Origin: an uncultured Pseudomonadota bacterium
Lineage (GTDB): Bacteria > Oederibacteriota > Muellerivitia > Muellerivitales > Muellerivitaceae
DNA length: 64,000 nucleotides
Direction of reading: 5' to 3'
NCBI GenBank assembly: GCA_963770835.1
Contig: CAVYRH010000004.1
Location: 384,001 to 448,000, forward strand
Notes under the pieces: model-generated
Databases searched by the model: none
What the model was told of the DNA's origin: nothing
What the model saw: only the letters and a program-made list of their open reading frames with translations
Made by a program: the position numbers and the translations under genes
Part shown: piece after piece, positions 59,091 to 64,000 of the stretch
Numbering within the stretch: the stretch's first letter is position 1
Layout: each line of letters opens with the position of its first letter

Positions 59091-60429
59091 GGCAATGACC
59101 CTCCAGTTGGTATTTTTTAATCTTGTATTGAAGGGCGGAACGGGAAACACCTAACTTTTTGGCCGCTTGGTTTTGGACGCCCTTGTTATCGACCAGTGCT
59201 TGCAAGATCAATGCCTTCTCCATTTCATCCAGGGTGGTGGTGAGATCGCCCCGGAGATGGAACGAGGGTGAAGGGGACTGGGAGGAATCTGGAACCACGT
59301 GCAGTTCGTCCTTATCGCTGAACACCACGGCCCGCTCCAGGAGATTCTGCAGTTCCCGTACATTGCCGGGCCAGGGATAGGCCTCCAAAATTTTCAGGGA
59401 GGCGGCCGTTAAATGCTTCGGGGGTTTACCCATCTGCCGGGAGAAGCGTTCCAAAAAATGGCCGGCCAGGAGGGGGATGTCGCCCTCCCTTTCCCGCAAG
59501 GGCGGGACATGAATGTTGACGACGTTCAGGCGGTAGAAAAGGTCCTCGCGGAAGGTACCGTTCGACACCTTTTCCTTGAGGTCCCGGTTGGTGGCCACGA
59601 TCAAGCGGATGTCCACCTGGATGGTCTGGTTTCCCCCAACCCGCTCCAACTCCCTTTCCTGGAGCACCCTCAGGAGCTTGACCTGGAGGTCCAATGGAAT
59701 CTCCGAAATCTCGTCGAGGAAGAGGGTGCCGCCGTGGGCCATTTCAAAACGGCCCACCTTGCGCTGGGTGGCCCCGGTGAAGGACCCTTTCTCGTGACCG
59801 AACAACTCGCTCTCCAAAAGGGTGGGAGCCAGGGCCGCGCAGTTGACCTTGATGAAGGGGGATGATTTGAAGGGGCTGGACTGGTGGATGGCGTGTGCCA
59901 CCAGCTCCTTGCCTGTGCCGCTTTCGCCGCTGATCAGGACCGTGGTGCGGGCGGGACTGACGCGCCGCACCGCCTCATAAACCTGGCGCATGGCGGGGCT
60001 GTCGCCCACCATTTTGCCCCGGAAAGGATGGAGACCGTCCTTGGAGAAGCGGCTTTCCTCCGCCGGGAACTTCAACCGCAGGGAATGGGCCACCTTCATC
60101 TCCAGTTCCTCCATGGGGAAGGGCTTGGTAAGGAAGTCGTGCGCTCCCAGCTTGATGGCCGTGACGGCATCTTCCACCGTGCCGTAGGCGGTCATCACCA
60201 GGACACTGACCTGGGAGTCGGTTTCCTTGAGGCGGCGCACCAACTCCAGCCCGTCCATGCCGTTCATCCTCAGGTCCGTGATGACCGCGTCGACCTTCCG
60301 GCGGCTCAGCAGGTCCAGCGCCTCCTCCCCCGAGGGCGCGGTGAAGACGTTGTATTGGGCTTCTTCCAGGTAATCCTGGATGGTTTCCAGCATGTCGGGT
60401 TTGTCGTCCACGATGAGGATGGTGCTCAT
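59077..60429 (-). CDS. Sigma54-dependent response regulator (NtrC/ZraR/AtoC family)
   Basis: Receiver domain; GESGTGKE, ESELFGHEKGSFTGA, WPGNVREL; Fis-type HTH. Confidence 0.95.
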   Translation of the reverse strand: MSTILIVDDKPDMLETIQDYLEEAQYNVFTAPSGEEALDLLSRRKVDAVITDLRMNGMDGLELVRRLKETDSQVSVLVMTAYGTVEDAVTAIKLGAHDFLTKPFPMEELEMKVAHSLRLKFPAEESRFSKDGLHPFRGKMVGDSPAMRQVYEAVRRVSPARTTVLISGESGTGKELVAHAIHQSSPFKSSPFIKVNCAALAPTLLESELFGHEKGSFTGATQRKVGRFEMAHGGTLFLDEISEIPLDLQVKLLRVLQERELERVGGNQTIQVDIRLIVATNRDLKEKVSNGTFREDLFYRLNVVNIHVPPLREREGDIPLLAGHFLERFSRQMGKPPKHLTAASLKILEAYPWPGNVRELQNLLERAVVFSDKDELHVVPDSSQSPSPSFHLRGDLTTTLDEMEKALILQALVDNKGVQNQAAKKLGVSRSALQYKIKKYQLEGHCRDIN

Positions 60430-61895
60430 GCCGCCTCCTGTAATGGCAGAATGACCCGGAAAACAGCGCCGCCTTCGGGACGGTTCAAGGCCTCAACCTG
60501 TCCACCGTGGGCGTGGAAGACTTTTTGAGTGAAGGCCAGGCCCAAACCGGTTCCTTCCGGTTTGGTGCTGAAAAAAGGCTTGAAGAGTTTCGGAAAGTCG
60601 GCCGGGGCAATGCCGGGCCCGTTGTCCTCCACTTCGATCATGGCGCGGTTGAGGATCTGCCTTAGGCGAAGGATGAGCCGGCCGCCGACGGGCATGACCT
60701 GCAGGGCGTTCAAACCCAGGTTGTAAAAGCTGTTGTAAAGGAGGTTCCAGTCCGCGGAGAGGGGTTCGCAGGGCCCGAAGTCCCGCAGGATTTCGACATT
60801 CTGACGCTGGGCCTGGTCCGACAGGTCCTGGACGACGCGTAGGAGGAGCTCGGGCAGGGGGAAGGGCTGGCGCTTCAAATGGAAGGCGCGGCTGTATTCG
60901 AGGAACTTGGACACCAGGATATTCAGGTTTTGGACCTGGGACTGGATCTTTTGGGCCGAGGCCTGCAGGTCCAAGTCCTGGTCCTTGACCTTCTTTTGGA
61001 TGCGGTCCACCTGCCCCTGGATGACCCCCAGGGGGTTGCGGATCTCGTGGGCCATTCCGGCAGCTACCAGCTTCATTTCCACCGCCTGGTTTTCGGCTGC
61101 CTGCCTCAGGTAGTTGAGCTCCACTTCGCGGCTGTGGATCCTCAGGAACATGGCCTGCAGGAGCTTGACCCAGCGGCCCAGCTCGTCCGACCGGATGGCA
61201 TCCTCGGGCTGGGGAAACTGCCCCCGCATGACGTCCTCCGTCATCTTGTAAACCAGGTTCAACGGGTGGATCACCCTCTGGGCCACCAGGGCGCCGGCCA
61301 TGCCGCTGACGCAGAGCCCCACCAGGCCCAGCACGATGGAGACACGGGTAAATTCCTGGATGATGTCCAGGTAATGGGGGTCGGCGTCCACCTCGAGGAT
61401 AACCTTCGACACCAGGGGCAGGAGCACGGACTGGTGAAGGAGGCCGAAATCCCCCTTGTGGATGGGAAGCACCACCGGTTTGGTGAGGGCCTTGTTGAGG
61501 ATGCGGTTCTGGTCCTTGCGCCAGTAGGGCTTGAAGCCGGGAAGGGCCTCGCCGGTGGCGTCCATGAGCACGGTCCCCTGCTGATCCAGGAGCACGATGT
61601 TGTCCAGGACCCCCACCTTCAGGAAACCGCGCAATTGCCGGGAGAGCTTGAGGAAAAAAGCGTCGGGGGTGTCGAAAAATCCGGGCTGGAGCTGGGCGGA
61701 AACCTTCGTTTCCAACTGCTGGGCCACCAGCTGCGCCATGGCGAGGAGCTGTTCGCCCATCTTGGCTTCCAAGCGGTGGTAGGCGATCTGATAGACGATA
61801 GCGCCGGTCCCGGCGAAAAGGAATGCCCAAAGCAGGGCATGGAAGAGAAGAAGCTTCGCCTTTAAAGATTTACCTAGGCGGGTCAGATAAACCAT
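60426..61895 (-). CDS. Sensor histidine kinase (2 TM, HAMP)
   Basis: AHEIRNPL, NALQ, DNGPGI, PFFSTK, GTGLGL. Confidence 0.93.
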   Translation of the reverse strand: MVYLTRLGKSLKAKLLLFHALLWAFLFAGTGAIVYQIAYHRLEAKMGEQLLAMAQLVAQQLETKVSAQLQPGFFDTPDAFFLKLSRQLRGFLKVGVLDNIVLLDQQGTVLMDATGEALPGFKPYWRKDQNRILNKALTKPVVLPIHKGDFGLLHQSVLLPLVSKVILEVDADPHYLDIIQEFTRVSIVLGLVGLCVSGMAGALVAQRVIHPLNLVYKMTEDVMRGQFPQPEDAIRSDELGRWVKLLQAMFLRIHSREVELNYLRQAAENQAVEMKLVAAGMAHEIRNPLGVIQGQVDRIQKKVKDQDLDLQASAQKIQSQVQNLNILVSKFLEYSRAFHLKRQPFPLPELLLRVVQDLSDQAQRQNVEILRDFGPCEPLSADWNLLYNSFYNLGLNALQVMPVGGRLILRLRQILNRAMIEVEDNGPGIAPADFPKLFKPFFSTKPEGTGLGLAFTQKVFHAHGGQVEALNRPEGGAVFRVILPLQEAA

Positions 61896-62278
61896 TCAGT
61901 TGTTCCCTGAAATCCATAAGTTAAACATCGAGTCAGTGAAGATTATTTTAACACTCAGTTTGGAACAAAATTCCAGGGGGGAGGGAGAGATAGGAGAAAC
62001 GTTTACAAAAAACGGGTGAATGGGAAACATTAAACCACGTTTAACAAGTCGTTCTTGACGGGTATTGAAGAGACAGAACGACTACTTCTTTTGCCGCGGT
62101 GCCGCGAAGAAAAGCAAATAATCTGAATGAATTCGGAAATAAAACCGAGTCCCCAATGACAACTGGAGCTGGATTTTGTTCAAGTTTTGAGGGAAGGATA
62201 AGACGCTTTTGGCGATCCATGTTCGTCTTATGCCAAAAGAAAATAAGGTGGCTTCTTTTTAGCGGGATTCCCACATGC

Positions 62279-62701
62279 CTAAAGCGGTTTGCGGTTTTGG
62301 AAACCGCCTTGGAGGCTGTGCCAGTGGGTGATCTCCGCTTCCCCTTCCCGCCAACACAAAAAAACGACTTCGCCGCCGCGGCGGCTGTAAAAATCCACAA
62401 GCCCGGTGTCCAAATCCTTCAAATAGGCGCCGAATTGGACCATGATTTCGAGTTTTTCCTCGAATTGACGGGTTTGGTGACGGAGGATTTCCATGTATTG
62501 GGTGACGGCGGCCCGGCCCCGGGGAAAAAGATCCCCTTCCGGGGAAGCGGCGGTCATTTCCTCGATCTCGATCTGGGCCTGGGTGCGCAAAACGACCGAT
62601 CGAAGATCCCGGAGGGACTTGAGGGACAGGCGGATTTGGGGCAAGAGGGCGTTGGCCTCGTCCACCGTCACCATCTTTATTTTTGTCTCATCGCTGGCCA
62701 T
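62279..62701 (-). CDS. DUF2203 family protein
   Basis: TVDEANALLP, LKDLDTGLVDF, LCWREGE..I.HWH, GF..RKPL. Confidence 0.85.
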   Translation of the reverse strand: MASDETKIKMVTVDEANALLPQIRLSLKSLRDLRSVVLRTQAQIEIEEMTAASPEGDLFPRGRAAVTQYMEILRHQTRQFEEKLEIMVQFGAYLKDLDTGLVDFYSRRGGEVVFLCWREGEAEITHWHSLQGGFQNRKPL

Positions 62702-62769
62702 GAAAGTTCCTTGCCGCGCATTGTAACAGGTTTTTGGAAGGTCCCTCAATTGCTCCCGAATATTTTTAA

Positions 62770-62798
62770 TTGACATTTATTTCCATTTGCAATAAATT
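62770..62798 (+). promoter_or_regulatory. Sigma70 promoter with an overlapping Fur/Per-box-like inverted repeat
   Basis: TTGACA-N17-TAAATT; TTTATT..N9..AATAAA palindrome at 62776-62796. Confidence 0.65.
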
Positions 62799-62805
62799 AC
62801 CATTT

Positions 62806-63297
62806 GTGAAAACGGCCCCCCAAAACACAAGGGAGAAAATGAGACATTTTGAGGAACTGTGCCGGCAGCAAGGCGTCCCCTTGACGGTTCAGCGCTGCGT
62901 TATCCTGGAAACCTTGGCCCTGCGCGAGGACCACCCGACGGCGGACCAGGTTTTTGAGGACGTGGCCCACCGACTGCCGGGGTTGTCACGGACCACCGTT
63001 TATCGCGTTTTGGAAACCCTGGTGGAAATGGGCGTCATCCATAAGGCCAATCACTTGGGCTCAGCCGCCCGGTATGACCCTAATACCGAAAGGCACCACC
63101 ATTTAACCTGTCTTTCCTGTCACAAGGTCATGGATATGAAAGAAGAAGCGGTTCGGGAATTGGTCATTCCAAAGGGATCAGCCAAGGGCTTTGAAATCAC
63201 CAATTATTCCGTGCATTTCAAGGGCTATTGCGCTGACTGCCTGAAAAACGGAAAAAATTCCAAGCCCCCGGGGCGGAAGGCCGGTCCAGGCAAATAA
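62806..63297 (+). CDS. perR: Fur-family regulator (PerR-like); alternative start 62839
   Basis: HPTAD, TTVYR, HHHLTCLSC, CADC; upstream of a peroxiredoxin. Confidence 0.8.
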   Translation: MKTAPQNTREKMRHFEELCRQQGVPLTVQRCVILETLALREDHPTADQVFEDVAHRLPGLSRTTVYRVLETLVEMGVIHKANHLGSAARYDPNTERHHHLTCLSCHKVMDMKEEAVRELVIPKGSAKGFEITNYSVHFKGYCADCLKNGKNSKPPGRKAGPGK

Positions 63298-63425
63298 GAA
63301 ACCGACGGACCCGCGATTCCGGGTTTTAAATTTAATTCGAGGGCTTGAACCGGAGCCCTGGGATTTGGATACTACCGGTCTCTTGAAGAAGCGGTGGATT
63401 TAGAAAAGAAAAGGGAGGTTGTGCT

Positions 63426-63947
63426 ATGCCAGTTCAAGTGGGACAAAAAGCCCCTGATTTCCAGGGACAAGCCGTGATGCCGAACGGGGAATTCAAGGAC
63501 GTCAAATTGTCGGATTACAAAGGGAAATGGGTAGTGTTGTTTTTCTATCCCCTGGATTTTACCTTTGTTTGCCCGACCGAAATCAAGGCTTTCAATGAGA
63601 AGTACGATGAGTTCAAGAAGATGGGCGCCGAGGTTATCACGGCCTCGACCGACAGCGTCTACAGCCACAAGGCCTGGCAGGAAGCCACCTTGGGCAAGCT
63701 GAAGTTCCCCCATTTGGCGGATACCGCCCACCATATTTCCCGCGCCTACGGCGTGCTGATCGAGGATAAGGGTATCGCCTTGCGCGGAACCTTTGTCATC
63801 GACCCAGAAGGGAATTTGAAGCATTCAACCGTGAACGACACGGCGGTCGGCCGCAACGTGGAAGAGACCATCCGCACCTTGGCGGCTTTTGAGACTGGCA
63901 AATTGACGGGTTGCGGCTGGACACCCGGAGAGAAGACGTTGAACTAA
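63426..63947 (+). CDS. ahpC: 2-Cys peroxiredoxin
   Basis: FYPLDFTFVCPTE; second Cys in TGCGW. Confidence 0.92.
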   Translation: MPVQVGQKAPDFQGQAVMPNGEFKDVKLSDYKGKWVVLFFYPLDFTFVCPTEIKAFNEKYDEFKKMGAEVITASTDSVYSHKAWQEATLGKLKFPHLADTAHHISRAYGVLIEDKGIALRGTFVIDPEGNLKHSTVNDTAVGRNVEETIRTLAAFETGKLTGCGWTPGEKTLN

Positions 63948-63968
63948 AGTTTTCTTGCGAAAGCTTCT

Positions 63969-64000
63969 AAAGGGCTTCCCCCACGGGGAGGCCCTTTTTT
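63969..64000 (+). terminator. Intrinsic terminator
   Basis: AAGGGCTTCCCC-CAC-GGGGAGGCCCTTTTTT. Confidence 0.8.

Noticed and set aside
61900..62275. ORFs in the AT-rich gap upstream of the histidine kinase
   Set aside because: No recognisable motifs or SD; cannot be supported.

Overview
GC-rich bacterial chromosomal window with mostly housekeeping and envelope genes. It includes zwf-opcA-pgl, tkt-ndh, gpsA, aroK, cysH, cobB, an acyl-CoA dehydrogenase, amrS, perR-ahpC, two transglutaminase-family genes and a sigma54 two-component locus. There are many secreted Thr/Pro-rich proteins, two with T9SS-like C-terminal domains; this style suggests candidate phylum FCPU426, which is inference only. 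The main non-obvious feature is an ~801-nt ORF-less group II intron (about 5639-6439) splitting a GH43-malectin gene at the end of its catalytic domain. It has an intact D5/D6, a decayed RT N-terminus and non-canonical ends. Intergenic DNA holds small mobile or repeat elements: a 182-bp MITE with an 8-bp TSD, a TnpA-only IS200/IS605 element, and period-9 and period-7 inverted-repeat elements. One period-9 element adjoins a GxxExxY gene remnant and another supplies a signal peptide. A sigma54 promoter drives a secreted 18-aa-repeat protein upstream of a TPR-beta-barrel gene. No rRNA, tRNA or CRISPR array was seen. Family calls come from motif recognition by eye, not database searches.
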